The position numbers were made by a program, and so were the translations under genes. The notes under the pieces are model-generated. The model was not told the origin of the DNA and ran no database searches. It saw only the letters and a list, made by a program, of their open reading frames with translations. Source: Lingula anatina (Eukaryota > Animalia > Brachiopoda). Taken from it: a DNA stretch of 64,000 nucleotides. Location of the stretch: positions 15,500,001-15,564,000 of the forward strand of contig CM120645.1 in assembly GCA_051362555.1 (NCBI GenBank), written 5' to 3'. This document shows positions 1 to 29,901 of this stretch, one piece after another. Position 1 is the stretch's first letter. Every line of letters starts with the position of its first letter.

Positions 1-3000
1 GTTCTTTTATGATATTTAGTCTGATATTTTATCAGTTTTACTTCTTTTTTTTTTGTTCTCTTGCAAAAAAAAAAATAAAATAATAATAATAAAAAATTAA
101 AAAAAAAAAAAAATAAAAGTAAGTGGATAAATGAATGAATAGTAATGGAAAGTATTAAGAAAAAAGTAAACATGTTTATAAGCTGTACAAGGTAAATGGT
201 AAGTGAAAATGAGCAAGTCTTGAAATTCGTCTTGAAGATTTGGTTTTGATCTTGATCACGACTGGCTTGATTTTTAAATCAAAAAGAAGGCAAGTATAAA
301 TACCATTCAATGATTGTATTGAATACTAGTAGTCAGTCAACAGAGTTCTTGTTTGTGCAGACACCATAACCCTAGGATGCCTCTGAATAGTTTGCTTTTC
401 TGATTTTATTCCCCTTTTGCTCAGCAGTTGAATCATTGAATGACTTGGTCACTTTCAGATGTCACATTGATCATAGAACAATCCATAATCCACATAAAAC
501 AAACTCGAAAAGATTACACTTGCCATTATTACGCAGAAAAGGCGATCATAACTGACAAAATATGTTTTATTACATTTGATAAATCCAGGTACTTTTCCCA
601 ATTTTAAAAAATTTTATATGATAAGCACAGACTCAGATGACAAAAATATTTCATCTGTGGATTTTATCTTACATTTTTTGCTGTCAAGAGAATGCATTGA
701 TTGTGTTTCAAGACATATACTTTAAGTAGACAACAGATTGTATCAGGAAATTTCATATCATAGGAAGATGGCACATGTGCATATATTATTGTACATGTAC
801 AAATTTCAAATGCAGTATATGCATTGAAGGCAAATGCTGCAAAAGGTTTCAGGCTTCATGCCAATTTGGCAGAAGATTCACAGCTATATATGCCTACATA
901 GACATTAGTCATACTGCAAATTGAGTGAACTGAATATTTTTAGAAGAAGCCGTTTGTACTCCAAGGTTCTGATGGAAATTCGAAAGGTTAATTTTATAAA
1001 GATTTAAATAATGTTTATAAGTAATTTTAAAAGTGTAGATTATCTTGAAATGTGTACAGATTACAGTACTTGATCAAACATTCCAAACACACTCCTTTAA
1101 GTATTTGATCTTTTTCAAACTTTTTGTATTGAATATTCAGTCAAATGAACATCTTACCTTTTGACATGAACCAGATTAATTTTTCTCACGTTGAACAGAC
1201 CGACAAGGACATTTTAGCCTTAACTGGACAGGGTTGTTATCCTTGCAGTGTTCAAGAGTTCTAGATCATTTAATATTTCATCACGTGAGTTGATGCTCTA
1301 AGAAAAATGTAGCAGCTTAATGGGAAACTTATTCAATTAGGAATTGAAGCTCAGCCTTCAGGCCTTATAAACTAATTACTAGTACGCTATTGTGAACTAG
1401 AGCCTCAGATTTGTGAGAACAAGTGCCCAAAGTAACAACTCAAGCCACAAAATGAGAACTCCAACATAAAATAAGTAGCCATGAACATAGCATTATGGCC
1501 CACAAAATTGCTCATCTACCCATTCAGTACCTTCAGTATGAGCCAGAGTTTGTTTAGAGCACATTGCTGTCGTTAATATGTTGTTTGGAGAGTCAAATCC
1601 AGGAATAAGTTAGTTTGGGTTGTTTTTAGCCTTTTTATATATTCCATGATTATTTTTCTAAGATAAAGTATTTGTGACTCAAGTTGTTAATTTGGACATT
1701 TGTGCCTCCAAATCTAGGGCAATTACTGTTTATGAGGCCTGGCCTATCTAGTTGAATACTAACGATTCCTGATTTTTGTGTCACTCTTTGTGGACCTCTT
1801 GATGATAAATGTTTCTAATAAAATACATACAAACACAATGGACTGAAACGTGTATTAAAAAACACTCAAGGTAAGAGAGGTATGGTTCAATTAACAAATC
1901 TTTAGATATTTTAATTTGGCTAAAACAGGCTATTGCAATTGACTTGACCTTTCTTTTTCTTATTTGAAATATTTACTGCCAAATTTTATCAATAGTTCTC
2001 CCTTTTTCCTGTTCCTATTTTCATCTTGGTGGCAGGCAACAAACATGAGAAAATTTTCTTAGTTTTCTGTAAAAGATTTGCCTAGTACATTATTAAAGAC
2101 AAAGTTGAAAGTGCCTTGATACTTCTTAATGTTCATAGATAGAGAAATACAGAAATAGCTTTCTCTTTGGCACAACTTGTCAAGATGAAAAATTGTTCAA
2201 GTTTGCTGAGAAGATAATTAGACGTAGTAATCAGCAACAAGATAAACATGTAGTAAAAGTTCTTGAATTTCATGAATGGCGCATGGATGGTTTAGTGCTC
2301 TACTGCAGGAATAAAACAGATGAATGAGAGAGCACTTGTTTACTGGTTTCAAACCTAAATTCAGGTAATCTGGCATCAAGAAAGAGGAAGTTCAGGATGG
2401 TGCGAAACCTTTTTTTCTGACAATATCTCATATTTGATGGCAAGAGTTCAGTTTTTCTGTGAATTTGTGTACTAGGAATATGGTGAACCGCAATTGAATG
2501 AATTTTTCCTAGAGTAAATTGTAAAAACTCCTCTCTCTCTCTCCTAAATCTGCTATTATAAGGCTAATGCCTTTCACAGAAAAATAAGCAGCAGGCATTA
2601 CTGGATAAGTAGTCAGGCATACTACCTTCTGAGAAAAAAAAAGATAACAGGTTTAGACTTTCTTACTAGTTTTGTGCTACCCAACTGTAAAAAAAGACTT
2701 GTGATTTCACAATTTGGCTTGAAGGACTTACAGTTAAGTTGATTCCTGTTACCAGCAGTATTTTGCAGTAGCTCAAGGCTACTGGGTAGGAAGATTTAGA
2801 GTGGCTGACTTGAAATATTTGGTTTTAGTGGTTGTAGTGGTGGTCAGAGGTGGGTGGGGTGGGGAGTACTCTTAGAGAAAAGATCTGAATAGTTTATATG
2901 CTGGAAGTGCAAATAAAATGCCCGGTTCTATTTTTGCCATTCAAAGCAGCTGCTTCCATTGAGAATTACTTTGATGGATGATATTATTAGACTCAATATT

Positions 3001-3507
3001 TATTGACAGCACCTGGGCTTTCTCATTTTGCAAATTGAGACATGATCAGTTTTGACGTGGCCTGATTCACCTAGGCTTACTGTAAGAAATTTCAAAGCCA
3101 TGCTGGCAGAAGAAGAGAATTATTTCCAGGAAAGGGCATTTTAACCACCATTTTCATTGGCCCACACAAAGAATAATAACATTTCTAGGTGAAGTGTGAA
3201 AAACATTGGGCTCCTTCTAGGACATAACATTATTTCTATAACCTGATAGCTGGGCAGTTTATTTAGAATTTAGGTAAATGAAAATTTAAACAATGTCTTA
3301 TTTTCTTAAGTCAGATAGAAATATGTTTTACAGTTTAGTTTCTGGCTAAAACTTGCTGCCCTACAGTTAGTGTAGACAGAATTACTTGCAGACTGGTTTC
3401 TAAATGATTTTTTTACCCAATACTATAGCTTTTAAATAGGTCTAAATGTTGTCTTATTTTTCCCCACTATTCTTTATACATGTTTTAAGGTCTTAAACTG
3501 CCATGCA

Positions 3508-3633
3508 AAATGTGCAGAATTTTGTTCTTAAGAGAAAATGGAAAGATTTTTAGTAAATGTTAAGAAATCCAAATGTGCAGAATTCTGTTCTTAGGAGAAA
3601 ATGGAAAGAGTTTTAGTAAATGTTAAGAAATCC
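3508..3633. repeat. Two-copy 63-bp tandem duplication
   Basis: aaatgtgcagaatt...gttaagaaatcc repeated at 3508 and 3571. Confidence 0.85.
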
Positions 3634-3651
3634 AGAAAAATAAGCTAGCCA

Positions 3652-3652
<1 letters not shown>

Positions 3653-3696
<44 letters not shown>
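3653..3696. repeat. Poly-C tract (44 nt)
   Basis: Read directly from the sequence. Confidence 0.95.
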
Positions 3697-3698
<2 letters not shown>

Positions 3699-4899
3699 GC
3701 AAGACCAAGCTGCAAGACCATTCGGTATTGTACTAAAGATTATGAATGTGTTTGGTGTGACATGTGTATTGTGTTTTGAGCTGCACAGCAAGCACATTCC
3801 CCTTGCACATGGCTATTCTAACAATAACATTTGTGGTTGATTTAGTGGAGCTTTGTTTTTAAAACATTGGGCATGGGATGGGCAATTCTTGGAAAGGGAT
3901 TCATTTCATAGAACCAGCAGACTTATTTTATTAGATAAGACTGAAGAAAGATAACAGTCAGATATTTATTTGTAATCTGATTTATCTCTATGCTAGAAGA
4001 TATTTATGTTCAGTCTTTTCTTAGGCATGGATATCAGTGCCAACAGTCCAGATTCCCTTTCCCGTCAAAGGGATCTTTAAAAGATCTAAATGCAGAGAGT
4101 GAAATTTTAAGAACAGGCCTGATATTTGCCCAATATGAGGAAGAAATATACTTCTTAAAGTATATATTGATACTGTCTCCATTTGTTATGGGGGTCTTTT
4201 ATGATTCTTGATTGCAAGAATTAATCTTATTATATTCATTGCATTTTTTTTGGTTTAGTTATATTTCTGTTAACTTAAGTTCCCTTTTAATTCTCTCTAT
4301 ACGAGTTTTTGTACCATACCAATTTGATTTGCTGTCTCAGTCTACCAGACTGTTCAATTTCTGATTGATGTTCATGTTTTCTATTCCATAAACTCAATAA
4401 AAATGACATTCTCCAGTCCGTATTGAATGAATTTACTGCCAAAATGTCCTAAGGTCAAGGAGTGGTGAGCATTTAAAATCAATGGTAGTGCATGGAAATA
4501 AAGTGAAATCTCAGTGAAAATGGATTCAGGCATTTTAGTTATTTCTGTCTTTTTCCCCACAGATGGTTCCATCACCTTGAAATCTGAAACCTTTGTCTAC
4601 TGAGACTTAAACTGATCAGAAATGAGAAGAAATCAATACAATGTTACATTGTAGTCCGACATTCAGTGGCTTTTATTTATGCACTGTAGCACCCTGGGGC
4701 TAGTTTGCTTCAAGTCAAATTAAACCAGTCGATATATTTTATAGGACATTTAAAGAATTAAGCTTCTCAATTCATTTCACTGATTGCTTAGAAAGTGACC
4801 TTTCTGTGGGCGAAGGTATTTAGATATATAAATTTCAATAGTTTCTGTCCTCCTTTAATATTAACTTGTTATGAGGAACTGATTAACTCAACAGCAAAC

Positions 4900-4932
<33 letters not shown>

Positions 4933-6969
4933 GTAATTTGTTCATTTACAACTCCTATAGGTCTGGGTGCCATACTTGGCATGCACACTCCAGTCTAGAT
5001 CTTGTACAATATGGTGGCTCCTATGAGAAAAGTAACATAATGTATCCATTGATTAGCTTATTTGTTTGTTCTTCTGGTCGTTGTTTTTTTCAATATATTT
5101 GGTGAAATTATATGCATCATCAATCTCAAACACTTATTAAACTTTATTGATCACTTTTTCAGAATCCATATACTGCCATTTTGTGTTCATCAAACTGTTT
5201 CATGTAGGCTTGTATGTAACACTCTGGAAGTGCATAAGTATGTAGAGACTGGTGAAACATTTTACAAAAGGCATGGTGCTGTATTATGATGAAAGACATG
5301 CTCCTCACCTTGGACATATTTAAGTGTTTATAGTGTGGCTATATTATGTGCAAATACACACACATACTTCAGTTTGACATTCGTGTGCACTTTCTCTCAC
5401 ACACATGCACACTCACATACTTCTTCATTTAACTTCTATTATTCCATGGGAAACAACCTGTCATAAATATTCTCCATTAATATGATTTTTCGTTATGACC
5501 AGTGCAAAGATGGTAAACTCTGGGTTTCAAGATCAATATTTGATTGCTTCTTCATTGATTTTTTTCTATTTTAAATTAGTCTGTGTGGGCAATTTAACAT
5601 AACTTAGTTGTTTTGGCATACTTGCAATTTTGGCATTTTTCTTTGCCAGTCAGGTAAGGTGATAGTGCATTGATTTTTTTCCTTAAGATAAACTGCAGTC
5701 CATGTTATGCCCATGAAGGTGAATTAGTAATTGAGGTATGTCTTCTCAGGAGGACCTTATAATGGAACTGAATAATTCATATTATATTGCAATTGGCAGT
5801 GGGAAATTAAACTGTTTTACTCTCTCTGGTTACCTTGAGCACTAGTGAGTTTATAAGGTATACCCTACACACTATCATCAAGGACATTTGATACATTTCA
5901 AAGGATTTCAGAAAATTTAAAAATGTTTTTTTTTTGTGCCAAAGAGACAGGTGGTTGACTTATTAGAACACAACTTGTGGATGATTTAGGCAAATTTGAG
6001 ACCAGAACTAATTGAAAGTATGGCTTAATCTGTTCATCTTGTTAATATGCATGAGATGGGGTTAACCTTACTGCAATGTATGCACAGGACATATGTCTTC
6101 TTAAATTGTAATTAAAAAGCAATACAAAGCATAACCATGGTGAATGTGTGATGTTGTGTAAAATACTGTTATTCTACAGAATTTTTGTGAAACATCCAGA
6201 AAAAAAATTGTGGATAAATTCTATCAGCTGTGATGTTTTCAAACTGTGCTTGCTAATGTGCCTTTTTTTCTGTGTGATGAGTTCCCACTCTCTGAAATCG
6301 CCCAAAATCTCTCTTGATTTTAAGCCAAGTTGCTCGAAAGATTCCCGTAGAAAAAGTCATGGTGAAAAACCGAAATGAAGATTTAAATCCAAGATGAGAT
6401 TGTTGTGGCAAGCTGGTGCACCACTGCAAACATGCAGCATTCACAAGTACAAAGGCACGTCTCGTAAGACTAACACACAGACTTATTAGATAATACAACA
6501 CTGGTATCACATGTAAATTTAGACAAAAAGTAACAGCTTGTCCATGATATCTGAACAATATAGACCTGTTGGAAACCAGAATTTTCCTAGGCTGTTGACT
6601 TTGGAACTCTGAAATCTAAGAAACCAGGAAAGAAAGTTACAACCTGTGCTGCCAGTGCATCAGTCCACTGTTGATAACCTCACAGGAGCACAGGGGCTAT
6701 TTATAAGGGCTTAACAGCAGAAGACTTGATAATAGGTAATGGAAACCAAGACGATTATACTCTTTATTTCATGGCAACAGACTGACAGAGGCAGCTAATA
6801 TAGACGTCTTACAGATGCCAGCTTGCAGCAGTAATATTGTAGATTTTTCGTAAGCTGAACTGGCACTTCTATGAAAAACTGATAGCAACATTGTTACTTG
6901 AATTTCACAGCTTCATTTTGTAATAAAGTATGGACAGGTTTGTCTATCAAGTAATTGATCAGAGACAGT

Positions 6970-7660
6970 AACCCCATTCACACGAGACACTTTCAATCGC
7001 GATTAGTGCCAAATCGCGATTCTATCGATGTAAAGCTTCTAGTGTGAACGCAGTAGAGACGCCAAATCGCGATTCAAATTAATCCTACTCGAGAGGTGGA
7101 TTCTATCGATGTAAACTTTAATCGCGATATAAAATTTCCTAGTGAGAACGGGATCGATGTTAACACCGGAAGTTGAGGACTTAAGGCGCGTGCATAGTTT
7201 CTATCGAAAGTACAATACAATACAATACAATAAATTTTATTTCATGTCGGGTATAAATTGAAACGAAACATTAGCTAAATACAGCTATTCGCCGACTGGA
7301 AAGTGAAAGAAAACAAACTGTCCACGCAATTTCAAGTTTCTTCGCAGTCAGCAAAATGGCCAAGAGGAAGTATGGTCTGAAAACTCAGTGGCAGCATAAA
7401 CAAATATTTGGGCCGATGAGAATATTAAACAGAAAATAACACCGTACACACCGAAAGCATGGTCTTGAAGGCAGCTACTGCGCATGATCAACAGGATATA
7501 CCGTGACTCCCCTAGCGAGCACAGTTGCAATTACCAGATCTAGCAAGGTAAATCGCGATTTCGTTTTTACATGTGTGAACGCAAAAAAGTGAATTTAGCT
7601 AAGCGCGTTAGAATCGCGATTCCCTAAATCTCGATTAACCATGTACGTGTGAATGGGGCT
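6970..7660. mobile_element. Non-autonomous PIF/Harbinger-type DNA transposon
   Basis: TIR A(A/G)CCCCATTCACACG at both ends; 3-bp TSD AGT; multiple internal AATCGCGATT palindromes; internal relic WSENSVAA*TNIWADENIKQKI resembles the Harbinger Myb/SANT-like protein. Confidence 0.8.
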
Positions 7661-9040
7661 AGTGTAAGTAAGGAAGATGATTCTGGAGAAAAATTTATGA
7701 TCATTGTAGCAAGGAGAGGGAAGAAAAATAGTTTGGTCATTTTTTTGTCTTAAAAAAGAAGTTTGAAGATTTATTGTGCAACTGATTGGTATGGTGGTAA
7801 TGCAGCTGGTGGAGGCATAAGCAAAAAAGGAAAAAAAATCGGGCTATATGGAGAATTAAGAGAGAGAAGAAATTGATGAACTTGGTGCATTATTGGAAAT
7901 TCATTCTGACAAGTAGTGGTTGGGGAAAAAGCAAAGGCTTCATTAGCAGACTAGTGTGACAGGAAAAGGAAAGTACAAATGAAGACATGTATTAAACAAT
8001 ATTATCCAATTACAACATCCTACAGGTTTTCTAGAAAAGCGTAATTGGAGATGTACTAATGAGGCAGCATCATTCTTGGAGATAGTTTTATCTGTTGACA
8101 GTATTTGCGGAAACTGGGAGGATAAAAAGAAACTTCAAATGAAACTGAACGAGTGACTTTGTAATGCCTAAACAGTAATTTTATCAAAGACAAGTGTTCA
8201 GGCCTTATTCAGGCAGTGGATTCAAATAGGATGACCCTGTGAATGACCATTGCATAATTGGTTTTGTTTCTCGTGCATGTGTTCCTCCTAAATTGACTCC
8301 TGACATTGAATGCTGATTAAAAAGCAGCACAGTAACCATTGGTGACATTGACGATAAGACTGGCGAAAAAAGGAACATAACTAGATTAACAAGGCTGCAG
8401 TAGAAAAACCCTCAGCTTCTTGGTTTGAGTTTTCATTTTTCACCTCTTCATAATGTGTTGGGGGAAGGAGACATGACAGATTGGGATAAACAATAACATT
8501 ACCAGCTAACATGGGCAGTAAATTTAGCCTGCGGTAAGTACCACCCTGTGTAATTGGGTTGAAGGAGCATCATTCCTGGAGCATCATTTCTTGTAATGTG
8601 TTTTCTGTAGGTATTTTACAAACTTTTTGAACCAATATCCTCTATGTAAACCTTCCCCGACAAGTTTAAAGTTTTATTTGTAGATCTCAATTTATAAAGT
8701 TTGCTTAATAACTTGTATATGCTTTAAAACTTTGATCTTCTTTAGGGTGATTTTTTATTGAAAAAACATTTTTGATTTGTCATTTTGAAGGTTATGCTCA
8801 ACTTGAAACAGCTTATCTACCTGAAATTAGATAAATTACTAATTATTTAGAACTTGGAAGCTAAATCCTGTGTGGTATAATACTGGATTGCACCACATAT
8901 TTATTGGGTATGTTGTCTCTGTACCAGATTTATTATGCTAATTATTCTATTTATGCATGAATATTAAAATATGAATATAGTCACAGTTCTTTGTTGGAAA
9001 GAATGGGAAAAGTGTTATGACTTGTTATTCAAATCTTTTG

Positions 9041-9041
<1 letters not shown>

Positions 9042-9081
<40 letters not shown>
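9042..9081. repeat. Poly-G tract (40 nt)
   Basis: Read directly from the sequence. Confidence 0.95.
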
Positions 9082-12000
9082 CGTAAGTAAAGATTGAATA
9101 CTGGGCTATTATGTGATGTTGATTGAAATTTATGAATGAGTACTGCATGTTGTACAGATGTGTCTACTAGTAGATTTCTGCCAGAGAGAACTATGTTTAT
9201 ACACTTGTTGCATTTAGGTTCTAAAAGAATAGCTGGGGTTTTCTGTTATTAATGTGTGGGAGGTCACCTCTTTTTTTTTCTGTACAGCAGTGTGCTAAAA
9301 GTTCTGAAGAAAATAGTGATGTAGCGATTAATAGAAAGTGCTTGTCAATAATAAGTACACAGAAATTTGGAGCATTGAATATTTTCTCAAGCTGTCTTTG
9401 TCATTGGTCTGTATTGATCTAACACAAGTCACCTTTCAGTGGTCAACATTGTTTTATAATTATCATTTCAATAAGTGGAGAAGTCAACACAAATTAAAAG
9501 TCAGTTATGAATGGTATTATGAATGGTATTATGCTTTTATGGCTTTGGTTTCTTATGAGATGTGTTACCATAATGGTCTTGCTGTGAAGGGAAATATAAA
9601 CCTGGCTCTTCTGTAATAGTTGGGTATGACAAAAATAGATTTGCTTCAATAAAAACAAAATCACCCACAAATCTTATTTCTCATATATCCACAAGTGATT
9701 AATGAACCATGAAACTTTCATAGTATAGGCAATTGGCCTAGGTATCAAATTTGGAATTGAATGTACAAGTCAGATCTTCTCTAGTATTAGTCATTGCACA
9801 TTTCGATATCTGTTTTATCTTCATGGGTTATAGTTAGTCATTGTTTTCTATATCAATAGACTGACCTAGTCGTATATTGCAATCAGAGTGCAAACTAGGA
9901 GTCTTTAAGGGAATTGTAATTGTTTGGAAACAAATGCATTAATTGAATGCTTTCCTGTGAAAATTAGTTGTGCTTCAGAAACCACTGGTGTAAGTTTGAG
10001 TTTTGTTCTCAGCTCAGATGTAAGCCCATAAGGGCTTTTCTCTTAATTGTTTGTTTATGGTATGGATCTTGGTGCTATCAGGGGAAAGTATCTGTTGAGC
10101 AGTTTTGTTCAGAAAAGTTTCAAGTTGAAATAGTTTAATCTGAGTAGAAAGACCAGATAAGCTCACTGAGACTTTATAAGGCCTGTTCTTCCATGGAAAC
10201 GCACATTGTGTTTGCAGGAGTACTTAAAAATCTGCAATATAACTCAGGCTTTCACAACTCTAGGGGTTTAATCATGTTGCCTGTCAAACAAATGCATTTT
10301 TGAATAAAAAAAATTTGAATTTGGCACTTGTTTGAACCTCTTTATCTTCTTATTATGGAGGGCTTGTGATGTATTGATCTGTTCAAAAAGAATAGTGGTT
10401 TAGAACACATTTGATGTACCTCTCAGAAAACAATGGGGTTTAGAATGCAAAGATAGAAACATACTTCTGCCTGCCATCTTGTACAGAGAAAACAGAAAGA
10501 AATTAGCCAAAGGGGAAAATCCATTGTGTTTGAGTAACAGCCCTGTGTCTAATTCTGTCACATATTGATTTCTCCCCTTATCTGTAAAAGATAAAGCACT
10601 CTGGGGAGGAAAATTCCCAGTAGATGTTTTTACAATGAGATATAAAGATGTTAAAAAAAAAAAAAATTATTCAATGTCTTATACATACTCTCATTGATTT
10701 TCTCTTTTGTTGAAGATAATAACAACATATCAGAAGTGATGCCAGGATTTTTCCTGTTTTGAATGAACTAAAACCTTGGAGGATGATACCTAAGCATCTG
10801 ATAAAAATTCTGTAAAATTAACGACTTAAATGTTAATTGTATGACAGTGGATTAACTTACAAGAGGTTTTGGTTAGTAGGAAACTCAAAATGTCATGGTG
10901 AGTAGGACGGTCAGGAGTTATAGTAGAGCAGGAAGAGGGCCAAAATTCCACAGCCATTACCATAACATTTGGAACTATCAGCTGAATGGGGCAGGTATCC
11001 CGGATATGTTTAAAGTTGTTTAAAGTTAATGAGAGAGCCAAAATTGTCACTGTAAGCATGAGAGGCACGGGTTTCATAAAGAGCAACAGAAGGACCGAAA
11101 TTTCACAATCATTACCGTAACATCTGGTTCTGTGTGCCGTATGGACCACTCCACCTCGGCTGTAGGGGCTGTGGTAGTTGTGTTGGCACACATTGAACAG
11201 CCAAGATCCATATATTCTTCCACCATGATGGTATGTACCTCTACTGTTTCACAGGGCCTGTCAGTAGTGAGCAGCGTAATAATATGCAATAATCCTGGCT
11301 AAAACTTTGAAAGATCAATACCAGATCATCAGCAGTGCTGGCACATTGATCAGACACAAGGATGTCAGGATGGTTAGACAGAAACAGGCAGGGGAGCAAG
11401 ATAAGAAAGCCGTCTTGAAATTCCGAAGGTCTGTCTCTGAGGGACCCCAGTTCACTTACAGGTATGCAAGGGCTGATTGCTTGGGAATAGAGGTTCATTG
11501 CTCAGGTATGGGAGCTATGAGGCACAAAAATGGCGGGACTACTTGATGGTGCAAGAGAAAATTGGTACATGGTGCTGTTCAGTTTGATGGATCTTGGTCA
11601 ATGTATAGATTTTTTAAAGTGTTCTTTTGTTGCACATATTTTTAACAAGGCTATAGAGGGGAAAAAAGAACGAGAAAAAAATGTCGACAAAGAAATGTTG
11701 CTAAAAATAAATTTTACTGGCTGTCTGAGAAGCCTTTTTCATTCACACAGGGGTGAATTAGCATGTATGAAGCAGAATATCCAACAACATCCAACATAAT
11801 TTCTTACAATAAATATAAATAGAGATTTACAGTCAGGTGAGGAAGACTTTGAATTTGTTCTTCTAACAGAATTTCTTCATAGTGGGTGAAGAAAAGAGAT
11901 TTGGCGCTTGTCAGAGGTAAGCCAAGTTTCATAGTTAGTTTGTCTATATACAGAACTGGATGAACTGTGTTAAGTTTAAGCAGGATCCAAGTGTTCAGAT

Positions 12001-13068
12001 GTTCGAGACATTAACCTCGGTTACTATAGTTAACACAGGTGTGGTATATATAGATTCACATGTAGCAGGGAAATGCTACCAGAACTTGGTTGTTCTGAAG
12101 AACTTCACTTGGTAGGCTCAAAAACTGTATGCTTCCAGCAGTGCATGTGTAGCTAATTCTGTGTGTTTCTATGGTTTTGTTTGGTGTTCCTGCTAAAGGA
12201 AAAAGTACCACTCATATAAATGGCTTACTGTATTTGATTTTTCAGTAATGTTTGCCAGGATTTCTCCATGTAAATGCTTTGTGGATGGAAATCATTCAGT
12301 TACTCGACATTCAGTTAAAAAGCACTAAACACACTGTTTTAAAAAGAGATCTTATTGGCCAAAATTACTGTCATTAATTTTACCCATTATACAGAAATGT
12401 GCTAAACAACTGTACATAACTCCTTGCTATTTGGTGAGAATGATGGACATTAAGTACTCTAACCATGTCAAGGTTGAGATTGTTTGTGTACTTGTATGTT
12501 GGTAAAGACGACAAAACATGTTCCTTAGCTAATATGTGGTTAAAATGATTGGCTGATAACACAGAGGATGAGTCAATTTTTCTCTTTGGACACTGGTGGG
12601 AAAATGATACATATTCAAAGCCAAGCCTCTTAGCGCATATATATATATATAACCACTCTGATCTGTATCATTTAACCTTGGCACATGAAATTAAAAAAAA
12701 TTGTTTTGAATATTCTTGACTTCTGTCAAGAATAAGTACATGTTTGCCATATTATTATTATTACATAGTAAATGGAGGAACTAATGATAATAGCTGTAAA
12801 TTGATCATTTATTTTTAAAAATACCCATTTTAATGTGTAATATCGAATTGAAACATAGCTTTGATAGGAAAAATGAGGTTATGAAGATAAGGATGCCATA
12901 TTATATATTCCATTTTGTGTCCTTGAATTCCAACAGTTTTGTGTGCAGCTTGCTGCTTAAGATTATTTTAGCAATTATTGCAACACTAGTGCATGTGGTC
13001 AGATTCTGAAAGACAGGGTGTATCATGAGATTGAAAAATAATGAAAAGAAATAACAGGAAAAAAATGA

Positions 13069-13069
<1 letters not shown>

Positions 13070-13118
<49 letters not shown>
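13070..13118. repeat. (TG)n(AG)n microsatellite
   Basis: Read directly from the sequence. Confidence 0.9.
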
Positions 13119-13182
13119 TGTATTAGTTCATATTTTATATGAAGGCAAATGTTTACCCAGACAATAGATTGAAATCCTAGTC

Positions 13183-28696
<15,514 letters not shown>

Positions 28697-29895
28697 ACAC
28701 TGATATGACGATTCTGTACAGTAGTTCCATAATTATAATTATTCTGTAAGATAAATAAGTATTTGTATTAAGAGTTGTATTGTTCTCAGAGAGTTAGGAT
28801 TACAGCACTCCATTGCAGGGTGCCAGGATAAGGACTTCTGTAGTTGGAAGTGCTTCTTAAGTATGAGTATTTCAATGAGAATTGTAGAGACTGTTGCCAA
28901 ATATAAAACATTGCAAAGTGATGCCACCATATTTGAACATTACTGAAAGGAGATGAGCTTGACAATTATGCCAAAGGAACTGTAATGCTGTCATCCCATG
29001 TTAGCCAAAGGAGTGTTCATCTGGGTTAAATGAAACCAGATCTTGACTAAATTGACTGACAGCATAAAAAAATAGAAAGTTGCCAGCTCAGCAGCAGTTT
29101 TTCTGACGGACAGAAGTAGGAGTATTCTGAGCCTTATCACTTTCCAACCTGTTGGACTACTGCTGTACTGCTTACTGTCCTTTTGCTATGCTGTCAGTGA
29201 AGGTAACATAGAACTGGGTAAATTTTGCATGGGTATAAAAAAATGCCTAATTACTTTATTTGAGACGCCCTGGATCCACCTGTTAAACTCCACCCGAGCT
29301 TCTATCCTTAAATTTACTTAACACCCAACATAAGGATGTATGGAACTGGTAATAAACGTCTATTTGTTCTCCTCATGCTAATAGTTTAATCTGTGTTCCC
29401 ATGTATAAAGTTATGGATTTGATTACCTATTGGTTCCTCTACACCACTTTTGGTCTTGCTCTGGATTTTGAATTCTTCACTGCATTTTTGTATGGTAAAG
29501 TGCTTTATTATGTACCGTTAGGGGGTAGTTGGGTGGACTTGGTGCCCACCCTGCCTTGGGTACCCTTCATATTTGCATTCTCTAGCTATGCTTGTGCCAG
29601 CGCGCTACAACTTCCACAGTCCATCCTTCCGTTTCTTTTTATTATTATTTTTAAAATATATTGACCAAGTTGCCAAAAACATGGCAAAATACGGACGCTG
29701 CACTGTGTACAAAATCTATATCAAATTTTAAAAGCAGTGGGTGAAAGGGCTGTCGATTTAAAGCATTTCGTCCTTGTATATGTGGTGTGATATATTAAAA
29801 AACATTGAAAACAGAGTCAGATTTTCTCCCACATACTGTAACATATTGTTGCCGTTTTGACTGCATCAGTTTGCAAAATGTGATTGCTACATCGG

Positions 29896-29901
29896 AATAA
29901 A
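29896..29901 (+). terminator. Probable SRPK polyadenylation signal
   Basis: AATAAA about 1.2 kb after the stop codon, followed by GT/T-rich sequence; another AATAAA lies at 29351. Confidence 0.5.

Noticed and set aside
10826-11799. Cluster of overlapping 70-120 aa ORFs in a slightly GC-richer patch upstream of the SRPK exons
   Set aside because: No recognisable domain or consistent exon structure; a possible ATGTCATG|GTGAGT mini first exon is too short to support
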